Positions 39,577 to 48,893 of a stretch of DNA of 64,000 nucleotides are shown piece after piece. Made by a program: the position numbers and the translations under genes. The notes under the pieces were generated by a model. It worked only from the letters and a program-made list of their open reading frames with translations, made no database searches and had not been told where the DNA came from. The stretch's first letter is position 1. Every line of letters starts with the position of its first letter. The DNA comes from Candidatus Doudnabacteria bacterium. Lineage in GTDB: Bacteria; Patescibacteriota; Doudnabacteria; UBA920. The stretch covers positions 25,174 to 89,173 of the forward strand of contig JARLHZ010000025.1 of the NCBI GenBank assembly GCA_031291995.1. The letters are read 5' to 3'.

Positions 39577-40087
39577 TATTACTGCAAGGAACAGCTGCAT
39601 CTTCGCGGCAAGCCGCTAGGTATTGAACCTTTCTTTCCGCCAAAGGCGGATCCGCCTCCGGCGGAAGTTCCCTGCCTGGCGGCAGGCAGGCCTCGGCTCG
39701 CTTGTCCATTGAAAGACAAAGGACAGACTCGCCTACGTCGCGAATAAATAGCGCCGGTATGGATAAGTGCGAATCCATACCGACTTTTTTGATGGCGTTC
39801 ATTTTAGGATCCAGCGAACGCCAATGACGGGGCGGAACGTTTGGCGGTCAACGAGCGGAGCAAACCACAGCTTAAATGCAGTACGCGGGATAGAAAGCTC
39901 CACTTTCGGTCCGTTGCACTTAAAGCGCTCGGAAAAGCTGCCTAGCCCTAAAGTTTTGCTCATCCGGTAATTAGTTTCCACCTTGTACCAAAAGCCGCTG
40001 CCACCGTCCTCAAACACCGCGAGGCCAGAAAGTTTGGCCTTGCCCACCCAAATAAGGACGAATTAAGCTATTGACATACAATATAAT

Positions 40088-40384
40088 ATGTCATATCATA
40101 TTAACATGAAGTCTTTTAATTGGAGTAATGATAAAAATCTTTGGCTGCAAGATATAAGAAAAGTGTGCTTTGAAGATGCTGTTAGAGAGATTACTGAACA
40201 TAGAGTACTCGATAACTTTAAACACCCAAACCAAAAAACATATCCTAATCAAAAAATTTTTATTATTGCGATAAACGGATATGCCTGCAGGGTTCCCTAC
40301 ATAGAAAGTGAAGAGACTATATTTTTCAAAACAATAATTCCAAGCAGACAAGCCACTAAAAAATATCTTGTCAATAAACCTTAA
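40088..40384 (+). CDS. brnT: BrnT-family (DUF497) ribonuclease toxin
   Basis: FNWSNDKNLWLQDIRKVCFEDAVREI...IFIIAINGYACRVPYIESEETIFFKTIIPSRQATKKY follows the BrnT pattern. Upstream TTGACA-17-TATCAT. Confidence 0.65.
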   Translation: MSYHINMKSFNWSNDKNLWLQDIRKVCFEDAVREITEHRVLDNFKHPNQKTYPNQKIFIIAINGYACRVPYIESEETIFFKTIIPSRQATKKYLVNKP

Positions 40385-40388
40385 AAAT

Positions 40389-40745
40389 ATGAACAATATA
40401 GATTTTGATAACCTACAATTAGACAAGGAAGAGAGGGAGATAGAAGAAGCCTTCGAAAAGGGCAGTGTTGAACGTGTTCTAAATTATGAGGAAGAAAAAG
40501 TAAAACTTGAAGCCGCGGCCCGCGCCACCTTGGAAAAAACCAAAAATATCAACATTCGTATTTCCCAAGGCGACTTATACAACATTAAGACTAAAGCTGC
40601 TGAGCAGGGCGTCCCCTACCAAACCCTTATTTCATCACTTATCCACCAATTCTCCAACAACCGGATTAACTATAACATTCTGCGCGAGCCCGGGAAGCCC
40701 TATCGCACATTTAATTCCAAGCCAACCAAAAAGAGCGGCGCCTAA
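40389..40745 (+). CDS. brnA: BrnA-type antitoxin
   Basis: C-terminal ISQGDLYNIKTKAAEQGVPYQTLISSLIHQF is the BrnA/COG3514 signature. Start chosen just after the brnT stop; the ORF track begins at 40368. Confidence 0.6.
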   Translation: MNNIDFDNLQLDKEEREIEEAFEKGSVERVLNYEEEKVKLEAAARATLEKTKNINIRISQGDLYNIKTKAAEQGVPYQTLISSLIHQFSNNRINYNILREPGKPYRTFNSKPTKKSGA

Positions 40746-40760
40746 ACGCCGCTCTTTTTT
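40732..40760 (+). terminator. Rho-independent terminator overlapping the brnA stop
   Basis: agagcggcg-cctaaa-cgccgctcttttttg. Confidence 0.7.
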
Positions 40761-40932
40761 GTTATAGTTCAACCAATCCCAAACTTTCAACACAGCCAAA
40801 TCATAATTTAAAATACTATTTAGCTTAGATTAGGTCAATTTACGAAACAATACTTAATACTAATAAATTAGACACGAGAGTTATTAATCAAATTTTTTTT
40901 AAATGTACCCGCTAGCATGGTTCGTTTATACC

Positions 40933-41370
40933 CTAGGATTTTGTGGACTTGCTTTTCCATAGTCTAAACCCTAACACAAAGCAACCAAGTCCTAAAATTA
41001 TAAACAACCATTTTGCAAGATCCTCGGTCAAAATATTATATTTGCTTCCATTTATGTTGTATACTATAAAATTTGTCGGATCGCTTGGATCATATATTAC
41101 TTTTACCGGTCCAGTATTAAACCCAGATGTGTTGTTCATATCCTCAAGCTGATGACTATGCCCCGATAAATCAATAAACTCAACAGTATAAGAAGTTTTT
41201 GGCCCTCTATCAACACCACCATAAGACCAAGACGTTTTCTCATTTATAATGTTTCCATCAACCTCTTTTCCGCTCCATAGTAAGTTAACTCCGCTGAACA
41301 GAAACGAAAAGATAAATATGATTCCTGCCAGGAAAGCAAAAATCGATACTACCTTCATGTTTTTATCCAA
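40933..41370 (-). CDS. DUF3592-like membrane protein (TM, beta-rich domain, TM)
   Basis: 145 aa with N- and C-terminal TM helices flanking the domain DGNIINEKTSWSYGG...YTVEFIDLSGHSHQL...VKVIYDPSDP. Confidence 0.45.
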   Translation of the reverse strand: MDKNMKVVSIFAFLAGIIFIFSFLFSGVNLLWSGKEVDGNIINEKTSWSYGGVDRGPKTSYTVEFIDLSGHSHQLEDMNNTSGFNTGPVKVIYDPSDPTNFIVYNINGSKYNILTEDLAKWLFIILGLGCFVLGFRLWKSKSTKS

Positions 41371-41518
41371 GGTTTACTTACATCCATAAGTTTATTTTTA
41401 ATTTGCCCGAAATTCTCCAATAGATAACCTAAGGGGTAGGAACACCACGCTTCCACTTTACACTAAGCGGAATAATTTTAAATGGCCTCCCAAGAGTATC
41501 AAACTGATGATTGTTGAA

Positions 41519-42247
41519 TTATCTTATTACCTTCCACTCCTTGCTGTGTGAACGGTCGAAAACGGTCACGTGGAGGGAGTTGCGGACCCATTGCCAGATA
41601 AGCCTGGGCCAGCCGATTTTGTGTGGGCGTCGGCCGGTGTGGTAAACCAGCAGCTTGGGATCGGTTTTGGTGCGTCCTAATTTGGATATCCGATAAAATA
41701 AATCTATATCCTCGCCAATGGTCAGGTCTTCCCGGTATCCGCCCAGTTCCCGATAAACTTCCGCGGTCATCATTTGAAATTCCCCGCAAGTACTGCCGCT
41801 GTGGAACCAATTATTTTTAATATAAAACTGCCAATCCGATAAAATCACATAACCCAAATAGTCGGCCCAAGTTTCAGTCTCAGGAAAAACCCTGACCCAG
41901 CCGCTCAAACCTTTTAGCCGCGGGTTAAGTTTAAATTTGTCCAAAGCTCTGGCAAAAAACTTGTCCGGTTCCGGAATGTAAACGTCCGCGTCCAAAAAAA
42001 CCAAATACTCACCCGTGGCCAAAGCCGCGCCGCGGTTCCGGCCTTCGCCAATAGTCTGCCGGCGGCCGCTGGCATTCCCCGCGATCTTTACTCCATACCT
42101 TCCGGCAATCTCCAGAGTTTTATCTGTGCTTTTCCCGTCGCTGACAATAATTTCGCAGTCGACAGCCGTAACAGACTTAAGGTTTTTTAGCAGCTTTTCC
42201 AGCACCGACTCTTCGTTTAAGGTGGGGATTATAAACGAAATGGTCAT
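41519..42247 (-). CDS. Family 2 glycosyltransferase
   Basis: ISFIIPTLNEE...EIIVSDGKSTDKT...VFLDADV matches the GT-A DxD fold. Confidence 0.75.
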   Translation of the reverse strand: MTISFIIPTLNEESVLEKLLKNLKSVTAVDCEIIVSDGKSTDKTLEIAGRYGVKIAGNASGRRQTIGEGRNRGAALATGEYLVFLDADVYIPEPDKFFARALDKFKLNPRLKGLSGWVRVFPETETWADYLGYVILSDWQFYIKNNWFHSGSTCGEFQMMTAEVYRELGGYREDLTIGEDIDLFYRISKLGRTKTDPKLLVYHTGRRPHKIGWPRLIWQWVRNSLHVTVFDRSHSKEWKVIR

Positions 42248-42849
42248 AGTTTGTTTTTTAGCAACAATTGTTTAAAATACTTACCGCCGCCGTAGAGAAG
42301 GCCAACCATAAACACGGACAGGGCGATGATAAAAACCACTTTAAAGCCCCTGTTTAACACGGCATACAGATTGCCAAAAAAATAACCCGCCGCCAGAAGG
42401 ACTCCCGTCCAGATAAACCCGCCGAAAAAATTAAACAGCGCGTACTTTTTAAAATTTACCTTTACCAGCCCGGCAGTAAAAAGCGTGGCTACGGCAAACC
42501 CAAAACCCATAGTCAGTTTGGAGATAACCAAAATCTTGTCCTGATGCTTATGGAAAAAGTCCTCGATTTTTTCCACCACATCGGGAGTCAGGCTGAAATA
42601 TTTGCCGAACCGGTCCACAAACGGACGTCCGCCGTAATAGCCGACCCAATACCACGCCAGGTCGGCGACAAAATCCCCAAGCATTAACGAAAAATAAACC
42701 GGCAAAAAATAAAAAAACCCCAATCGCAGAAGTATGCCACTGGCTACCATGACCATTGGGCCTTCAAAAATCGCCAGGACAAAAGTCAGCACGTAGCGAT
42801 AATAAGCCAATCCCGATAACAAATTTTCCAACAACGCCTGAAAAGGCAT
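42244..42849 (-). CDS. DedA/VTT-domain membrane protein
   Basis: 201 aa, multi-TM, with the VTT core FEGPMVMVASGIL...GRPFVDRFGKYF. 4-nt overlap with the GT2 gene. Confidence 0.7.
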   Translation of the reverse strand: MPFQALLENLLSGLAYYRYVLTFVLAIFEGPMVMVASGILLRLGFFYFLPVYFSLMLGDFVADLAWYWVGYYGGRPFVDRFGKYFSLTPDVVEKIEDFFHKHQDKILVISKLTMGFGFAVATLFTAGLVKVNFKKYALFNFFGGFIWTGVLLAAGYFFGNLYAVLNRGFKVVFIIALSVFMVGLLYGGGKYFKQLLLKNKL

Positions 42850-42853
42850 AAAT

Positions 42854-43579
42854 TTATTTGGTTAACAACCGTACCGTCGATAACGCGGACAGACTGGCGG
42901 TATCCGCCCTGAGTAAAATCGGACCCAGGCTGACCGTTTCCGCGCGGGACGGGCTTCGGAACAGCGCGATTTCCCCGCCTGTCAGCCCGCCTTCCGGGCC
43001 GATAATCAAGGCCAATGATTTGATATTCCGATAACCTTCCGGACGGCTAAAACCGCGGCCGGTAATATCAAATAAGATAATTTTATCATATTCAGCCAAT
43101 TTATGCCCGACTTCGCGAATTGAAGGAAAAAACTCTATTTGCGGCCAAACCGCGCGATCGCTTTGCTTGGCGGCTTCCTTTACTATCTTCTCCCAACGCG
43201 GCAGCTTTTTTTTAAAGTTATCCGCCGAAAGCCGCGTGCCGGTATTTTCGGAGTTAAACAAGATTAATCTTCCCAAACCCAGCTCCGTCCCTTTTTGTAA
43301 AACAAAATCCAGAGCCGCTTCGGAAACAACGGCCAAAAACAGGGTTAAAAATACAGGCGACTCATCGGGAACGGGCAAAACTTTTAAGACTTTTACCTTA
43401 ACCGATTTTTTATCGGAAACCATAACCTCGGCCGCAAATCTTTGCCGCCTGGGATCCTGAAGATTAATTTGCTCTCCGGGTTTGGTACGGCGGGACAATA
43501 AAATATGCCGGGCTTCCTCGCCAGAAAGACCGGCAACTTGTCCAACAGATAAATTTTCCGCGCAAAAAAAATAAGACAT
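42854..43579 (-). CDS. rsmE: 16S rRNA (uracil1498-N3)-methyltransferase RsmE
   Basis: PUA-like N-terminus and a SPOUT C-terminus with LIIGPEGGLTGGEI. Confidence 0.75.
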   Translation of the reverse strand: MSYFFCAENLSVGQVAGLSGEEARHILLSRRTKPGEQINLQDPRRQRFAAEVMVSDKKSVKVKVLKVLPVPDESPVFLTLFLAVVSEAALDFVLQKGTELGLGRLILFNSENTGTRLSADNFKKKLPRWEKIVKEAAKQSDRAVWPQIEFFPSIREVGHKLAEYDKIILFDITGRGFSRPEGYRNIKSLALIIGPEGGLTGGEIALFRSPSRAETVSLGPILLRADTASLSALSTVRLLTK

Positions 43580-43603
43580 AAGCTCAATTAAATGGCATTT
43601 AGC

Positions 43604-43918
43604 TCAAGATTCAATCGCAATCGCGTAAACGACAGGGCGTCCAACCAGGCGATTTATTATTTCGATAATCCTGGGCACAAATAATTTCAACCGCACAGCC
43701 AGCTCGCGGGACAAACAAGCAACTTTCAGCACGCCTTTTTGAAAATCAACCGCCTTGGTTAAATTGGCAGCTTCGTCAAAAAACTGGGAAACAGCGTTTT
43801 GCCAATTTTTAATAACCTTATAACGGCTCATGGCCTGCTCCAGGTGGTACTGTTTTGCGGTTTTATTCAATACTTTATCAATCCGCGAAAAACCGCGGCT
43901 GTCTTTTTTATTGCTCAT
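43604..43918 (-). CDS. DUF721 (DciA-like) protein
   Basis: 104 aa. Located downstream of dnaA-dnaN-recF, which is the typical DUF721 genomic context. Confidence 0.5.
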   Translation of the reverse strand: MSNKKDSRGFSRIDKVLNKTAKQYHLEQAMSRYKVIKNWQNAVSQFFDEAANLTKAVDFQKGVLKVACLSRELAVRLKLFVPRIIEIINRLVGRPVVYAIAIES

Positions 43919-43946
43919 TTTGTTTCGTGTTTACTGATAGTTTTTC

Positions 43947-45056
43947 CTATGCCTGTGTTTCACTTTCTTCTTCCACCACGGCCGGGGTCAAAGTTATATG
44001 CTGGGCCGGCATCTCCAAAGGATGGGTGGTGGTAATAAAAGTTTGAAATTTATTTTGCAGATATTTGAGCAGGAACGACCGGCGTGTTTCGTCCAGCTCC
44101 GATAAAACATCGTCAAGCAATAAAATCGGCTTTTCGTCTCCACGGCTTAAATGCTCCATTTCCAACACTTTTAAAGCCAAAACCTGGCCGCGCAGTTCGC
44201 CCCGGGAAGAAAAAGGCGGTAAAAAAAGACCATCACTTTTCAGGGAAAAATCATCGCGGTGCGGACCCACCAAAGAGGTCCCCACCAGAACTTCTTTTCC
44301 GGCCTTAGCCGCCAGCTGTAATCGAAAGTTTTCCATGACTTCTTCCAAAGAATTACCAGGCAGACTTTCCAGAACAACTTCTATCGGCCGGTGGAATCCC
44401 GAAATGGTCGTATAGACGTCGGCAATCCCGGTATTGAGAAAATTTACAAACTTTTTGCGCTCCTGGGTTATCAGGCTTCCCAACTCCACCAACTGTTCGT
44501 TCCAGGCGGGCAAGTCCTCTCCCTGGCTTTGACCGGTTTTTATTGCCTGGAGCAGCCGGTTTTTTTGGTATAAAACTTTCTTGTACCCAGCCAAAGCATC
44601 CAAATATTCAGGATTTTTTTGCGACAAAACCATGTTTAAATACTTTCTCCTGGCCTCCGGAGATTTTGTAAACATATCAACATCAGTCGGGTCAAAAATC
44701 ACCACACTCAGAAAACCTTGCGCCTCGCGGCGCTTCTTTTTTACGCCGTCAATTAAAAAATTGGCATAAATTTTGTCGCGCTTTTCCAAAAACACCGACA
44801 ATTCATGGTCCTGGCCCTCTTTCTCCACAACCATTTTCAGTTCCAGGCTGGAAGAATCTTTTAAAAAAATAAACTCGGTATCATCGCGAAATGATTTGAA
44901 CAATGAGGCAAAATACACCGATTCCAGCAAGTTGGTCTTTCCCACGGCGTTTGGGCCGGTTAACACCACAACATCGCTGTTTATCTCAATATTCAGGCTT
45001 GGATAATTACGAAAGTTTTTTATCTCCAGATTTTTTATTCTCATAGTTTTCCACAA
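43947..45056 (-). CDS. recF: DNA replication and repair protein RecF
   Basis: N-terminal Walker A GPNAVGKTNLLE and C-terminal signature/Walker B (ILLLDDVLSELD). Confidence 0.9.
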   Translation of the reverse strand: MWKTMRIKNLEIKNFRNYPSLNIEINSDVVVLTGPNAVGKTNLLESVYFASLFKSFRDDTEFIFLKDSSSLELKMVVEKEGQDHELSVFLEKRDKIYANFLIDGVKKKRREAQGFLSVVIFDPTDVDMFTKSPEARRKYLNMVLSQKNPEYLDALAGYKKVLYQKNRLLQAIKTGQSQGEDLPAWNEQLVELGSLITQERKKFVNFLNTGIADVYTTISGFHRPIEVVLESLPGNSLEEVMENFRLQLAAKAGKEVLVGTSLVGPHRDDFSLKSDGLFLPPFSSRGELRGQVLALKVLEMEHLSRGDEKPILLLDDVLSELDETRRSFLLKYLQNKFQTFITTTHPLEMPAQHITLTPAVVEEESETQA

Positions 45057-45123
45057 ATCACCAATACTGCAAATACGTACAAATTAATTTACAAAATTTG
45101 TTTTATTTGCGATTAATGAATAA

Positions 45124-46224
45124 TTAGCTTTTAATCGGCATAACCAAATACAAATAGTCCGCCTGTCCCTCGGGTAAAATTAAGCATGGTGAATTGTCAT
45201 CCACAATTTTAATTACCAAATTATCAGTATCAAGATTATTCAGGCAGTCAAGGACGTAACGATGATTAAAAATAATTTCCGCGCCTTCGCCATCCACAGA
45301 TGCCGCCAAACCTACCTCGCTTTTTCCCATTTCCGACGACTCCGCGGTTATTATTAATTTCTGATTTTTCCCGTCCAGGTTAAATTTAATGCTATTATTG
45401 CTCTGACAAAACACCGCGGCGGCCTTTAAAGCGGAAACCAGCGGCTGCTTGGGCAAAATTAGGGTTGTGGAAAATTTTTCGGGAATAATTTGTTTATAAT
45501 CCGGATACTGGCCGTCCACCAGACGACTGATAATTTGGGTATCGTTAAAATCTACGCCAACCTGATTACTATTTACCACAACAGCCACTTCCCCGGCATG
45601 AGCGCCGATAATCCGGGATATTTCCGCGGCGGTTTTTTGGGGAATAATCATGGATACATTACCAGAAAACCCGTTTTTTAAAACCAAACTTTTTTCCGCG
45701 AGCCGATACCGGTCAGTTGCGGCAATTTTCAATTTTTCATTCTCCAAGTTTACATATACCCCGCACAATTCGGGCTGGGTTTGGTTTGTGGAAGCCGCAA
45801 AAAATACCACGTCCAGGGAATTTTTAAATTCCTGGGAATCGATAGAAAACGGGGTTTTATTATCTAATTTTGGTATTAAAGGAAAGTCTTCCGGCGGCAG
45901 CGTTTTCAGATTTGTGTGGTAGTTCTCGTTATCAATAACAAGTTCCCCGCCTTCGGTTTTTATTGTTATATTTTGGTTCGGCATGTTATTTATAAGTTCA
46001 CCAAATGTCTTGGCCACGACCGTTGCTTCCCCATCCTCTTCCACCCTGCACCTTATTTGCGTGATAATCGCGACTTCCAGGTTGGTGGAATAAATTTTTA
46101 ACACCCCGTTTTCTGTTTTCATTAATATATTACTCAGGATCGGAAGGGTGTTTGATGAAGAAACAATCCTTCCCACAATTGCCAGTCCTGATTTTAGATT
46201 TTCTTGGGTGCAAACGATTCGCAT
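45124..46224 (-). CDS. dnaN: DNA polymerase III beta sliding clamp
   Basis: 366 aa, three-domain clamp (MRIVCTQENLKSGLAIVGRIV...). Position between dnaA and recF. Confidence 0.9.
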   Translation of the reverse strand: MRIVCTQENLKSGLAIVGRIVSSSNTLPILSNILMKTENGVLKIYSTNLEVAIITQIRCRVEEDGEATVVAKTFGELINNMPNQNITIKTEGGELVIDNENYHTNLKTLPPEDFPLIPKLDNKTPFSIDSQEFKNSLDVVFFAASTNQTQPELCGVYVNLENEKLKIAATDRYRLAEKSLVLKNGFSGNVSMIIPQKTAAEISRIIGAHAGEVAVVVNSNQVGVDFNDTQIISRLVDGQYPDYKQIIPEKFSTTLILPKQPLVSALKAAAVFCQSNNSIKFNLDGKNQKLIITAESSEMGKSEVGLAASVDGEGAEIIFNHRYVLDCLNNLDTDNLVIKIVDDNSPCLILPEGQADYLYLVMPIKS

Positions 46225-46401
46225 AAAGTGTTTATTAATTTTAAAACTTAATATGTAATTGTATTAATAAGGGCTGTGGTTTTGTGGATAGCTGTCTTTT
46301 TCCAGTAAAAGATATTGATTTAGCTGTTTTTTGTTGTTGATAATTCGGTGGAGTTTTGTGTGTAAGTATTTGTTTGTTACCGGTTGGAGATTGAAGTTGA
46401 T
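46225..46401. promoter_or_regulatory. dnaA-dnaN intergenic DnaA-box cluster (part of a bipartite oriC?)
   Basis: TTGTGGATAG at about 46281-46290 (8/9 to TGTGGATAA), TGTTGATAA at about 46333-46341, and CTGTGGTTT. AT-rich. Confidence 0.5.
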
Positions 46402-47754
46402 TTAAACGAACAGTTTATCCATAATTAAATCCACTTCTTGTTTAAAATTTTCCTTCTCTTTAATCAGGTTATCCACTTTTTCCACAGCGTGCATGACAGT
46501 GGTGTGGTCGCGGCCTCCAAAAAAGTCGCCTATAGATGGAAATGAATTTTCCAATTCTTTCCTGATTAGATACATGGCAACCTGCCGCGGTTTAACAAAC
46601 TCTTTTTTTCTGGATTGCTTTATAAGGTCTTCCATATTGACGTTATAAAATTCCGCAACCATCTCGGCGATTTTTTTTGCCGAAGTTATCCGTTTTTTAC
46701 TGCTAATTATGCTGGATAAGATAGTCTTGGCCTGGTCCAGGACAAGACCGCGGTTTTCCATTTGCTGGTAAACCGCCAGGCGGTTTAAAGCTCCCTCAAG
46801 TTCTCTGATGTTGGTGACAACATTTTCGGCAATATAAAACAGAATATCTTCGGTAAGATTAACACCTTTTTTTTCCATTTTCGTACGGAGAATTGCCATG
46901 CGTGTTTCCAAATCCGGCGCCTGAATGTCGGCAACCATACCCCACTCAAAGCGAGAGATTAGACGCTGCTCGATGGCCGGAATCTCTTTTGGCGGCCGGT
47001 CGGAGGTTATGATTATTTGTTTGCCTCTTTCCCGTAATTCGTTAAATGTGTGGAAAAATTCCTCTTGGAAGCCTTCTTTGCCTGCCATAAACTGGATGTC
47101 GTCAATCAGTAACGCATCGGTTCCCCGATATTCTTTTTTGAATTCTTCCACCCGTTTTTGCGCGATGGCGTTGACGTAGTCGTTGGCGAACTTTTCGCTG
47201 GTAACGTATAAAAGTTTGGTTTTGGGGTTATTTTGAACTAAGCGGTGCCCGGCGGCTTGCATGAGGTGGGTTTTGCCCAGACCGACACCGCCGTAAATAA
47301 ACAGCGGGTTGTATTGCGTACCGGGATTTTTTGCAATGCTCTGGCTGGCGGCGTGGGCCAATTCGTTATTTTTTCCGATAATGAACGTTTCAAAAGTGTA
47401 TTTGGGGTTTAAGCTCGTCTGGCTGGCAGCCGGTCCGGATTCTTTGTGGGAATGTCCCGGGAAGTCGGAGGAGATTTTTTGAACCGGTTTTTGGGCGGAG
47501 GGAGCTGACGAACTTCCTAATTGGTATTTAATCTCTTTAATTTCAGGCGCCAGGCTTTTCAGAGCCTTGAGTATTTCCTGGTGATATTTGGCGGCAATCC
47601 AATCGCGGTTAAAAGTGCTGGGAACCCCGACAATAATGTAATCACTTCCTCGTTCGAGAATGTGGGTATTTTTAAACCAAGTATTGAAATTAGCGCGACT
47701 TAAAGATACTTCCATGCTACCCAAGATGGCTTGCCAGAGTTGTTGGTTATTCAT
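46402..47754 (-). CDS. dnaA: Chromosomal replication initiator DnaA
   Basis: AAA+ Walker [14 protein letters not shown], Walker B LLIDDIQF, and the C-terminal DNA-binding helix-turn-helix ([34 protein letters not shown]). Internal Met start chosen; the ORF track goes to 47808. Confidence 0.95.
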   Translation of the reverse strand: MNNQQLWQAILGSMEVSLSRANFNTWFKNTHILERGSDYIIVGVPSTFNRDWIAAKYHQEILKALKSLAPEIKEIKYQLGSSSAPSAQKPVQKISSDFPGHSHKESGPAASQTSLNPKYTFETFIIGKNNELAHAASQSIAKNPGTQYNPLFIYGGVGLGKTHLMQAAGHRLVQNNPKTKLLYVTSEKFANDYVNAIAQKRVEEFKKEYRGTDALLIDDIQFMAGKEGFQEEFFHTFNELRERGKQIIITSDRPPKEIPAIEQRLISRFEWGMVADIQAPDLETRMAILRTKMEKKGVNLTEDILFYIAENVVTNIRELEGALNRLAVYQQMENRGLVLDQAKTILSSIISSKKRITSAKKIAEMVAEFYNVNMEDLIKQSRKKEFVKPRQVAMYLIRKELENSFPSIGDFFGGRDHTTVMHAVEKVDNLIKEKENFKQEVDLIMDKLFV

Positions 47755-48038
47755 AAGTACCGAAATGAGAGTAACTTCACGCGGATAAACGCGGTAAGAC
47801 AACCTCATAAATTTTGTTTCTGCGAAGTCCCGCGTGAGGTTCCGCGCTCTTCAGCGATAGTGGATTTATTCTAACAGGGGGTTATCAACATGTAAACACT
47901 TGTAAACAGCGCATGTTTGACACTTAAAGCGCTAAGGCTGTTTATATCCTGTGGACAGGTTGTGTTTTTTTAAAAATTCAAATTATTTCCGGATTTGCCG
48001 TTGACTAATGGGCCGCTTTTCTTTATAATTACCGTTGT
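47755..48038. promoter_or_regulatory. Putative oriC and divergent promoter region between dnaA and rpmH
   Basis: DnaA-box-like TTATCAACA (47882-47890), AGTGGATTT (47859-47867) and the palindrome CCTGTGGACAGG containing TGTGGACAG. Direct repeats TGTAAACA x2. AT-rich stretch tttttttaaaaattcaaattatttcc (candidate DUE). Consensus promoter TTGACT-17-TATAAT (48001-48029) for rpmH. Confidence 0.6.
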
Positions 48039-48173
48039 ATGAAAAGAACTTATCAGCCAAAAGTAAAACGCCGCAAAGTCCGACATGGATTTTTAAAGCG
48101 TATGCAAACCAGGACCGGCAGGGCAGTTTTGGCGCGCCGACGCGCAAAAGGCCGCAAAAAACTCAGCGTATAG
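48039..48173 (+). CDS. rpmH: 50S ribosomal protein L34
   Basis: [44 protein letters not shown], read directly. Missed by the ORF track because it is shorter than the track's cut-off. Confidence 0.95.
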   Translation: MKRTYQPKVKRRKVRHGFLKRMQTRTGRAVLARRRAKGRKKLSV

Positions 48174-48193
48174 GCTTTTGGCTCAGCCACCTT

Positions 48194-48520
48194 ATGCTAA
48201 AAAAAGTTAACCGTCTGGCCAAAGCTAAGGATATTTTCGCAACCCTTGGCAGAGGGCGGACTTTTTTTAACCCTTATTTTAGCGTCAAATTTTTGCGGCG
48301 CTCCGGAGCCAGCCGTTTTACGGTTGTTGTTTCGACGAAGGTTTACAAAAGCGCGGTTAAGCGGAATCGGCTAAAGCGAGTTGCTCGCGAATTTTTGCGC
48401 CGCCGGCTTACAGAGCTTCCCGCGGGCGACTATTTAATTTCGGCCAAGCCGAAAATAAGAGGCCTGCCGGAAAACCAAAGACTGGGGTGGTTTTCAGATT
48501 TAATATCTAAAATCCGATGA
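48194..48520 (+). CDS. rnpA: Ribonuclease P protein component
   Basis: FSVKFLRRSGASRFTVVVSTKVYKSAVKRNRLKRVAREFLR is the RnpA signature. Located directly after rpmH. Confidence 0.85.
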   Translation: MLKKVNRLAKAKDIFATLGRGRTFFNPYFSVKFLRRSGASRFTVVVSTKVYKSAVKRNRLKRVAREFLRRRLTELPAGDYLISAKPKIRGLPENQRLGWFSDLISKIR

Positions 48521-48780
48521 TTAAATTTATTTCTGAATTGCCGAAAAAAATAGTGTTAAGCCTGATAGGCTTGTATCAGGTAACTCTTTCGCCTGACCAT
48601 GGTTTTTTCCGCGCGCGGTTTCCCCATGGTTACTGTCGTTTTTATCCGTCTTGCAGCGACTATGCCAGGCAATCAATTATTAATTTTGGTTTAATTAAAG
48701 GCGGTTATTTGGGAGCCAAAAGAGTTTTACGTTGTCACCCCTGGGCCGAACCCAAGTTTGACCCGGTTCCCCGAACATAG
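48517..48780 (+). CDS. yidD: Membrane protein insertion efficiency factor YidD
   Basis: LIGLYQVTLSP...CRFYPSCSDYA...HPW(G)EP is the YidD signature. Overlaps the rnpA stop. Confidence 0.9.
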   Translation: MIKFISELPKKIVLSLIGLYQVTLSPDHGFFRARFPHGYCRFYPSCSDYARQSIINFGLIKGGYLGAKRVLRCHPWAEPKFDPVPRT

Positions 48781-48893
48781 TTCTTGGCTACAGAAAATAA
48801 GATAGGAATATGTTTTAGGGCTTAGGCAGCCCAAGACCTAAAACCATTTTCCCTGCTACCTTCTATAATTTACAATCATAGCCTCTCCAACCC

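Noticed and set aside
39359-39802. ORFs 39359-39619 (+, Arg-rich) and 39476-39802 (-) across the GC-rich block
   Set aside because: Highly biased composition (poly-Arg/Pro) typical of GC-rich non-coding sequence read in frame. They overlap the real nucleotidyltransferase gene and its terminator.
41499-41810. 103-aa ORF overlapping the 3' part of the GT2 gene
   Set aside because: Same strand, different frame from a well-supported glycosyltransferase. Arg/Gly/Pro-rich out-of-frame translation.
44065-45006. Several + strand ORFs (44065-44415, 44084-44308, 44773-45006) opposite recF
   Set aside because: Antisense to a confidently called recF. Low-complexity Ser/Lys/Arg translation. Spurious.
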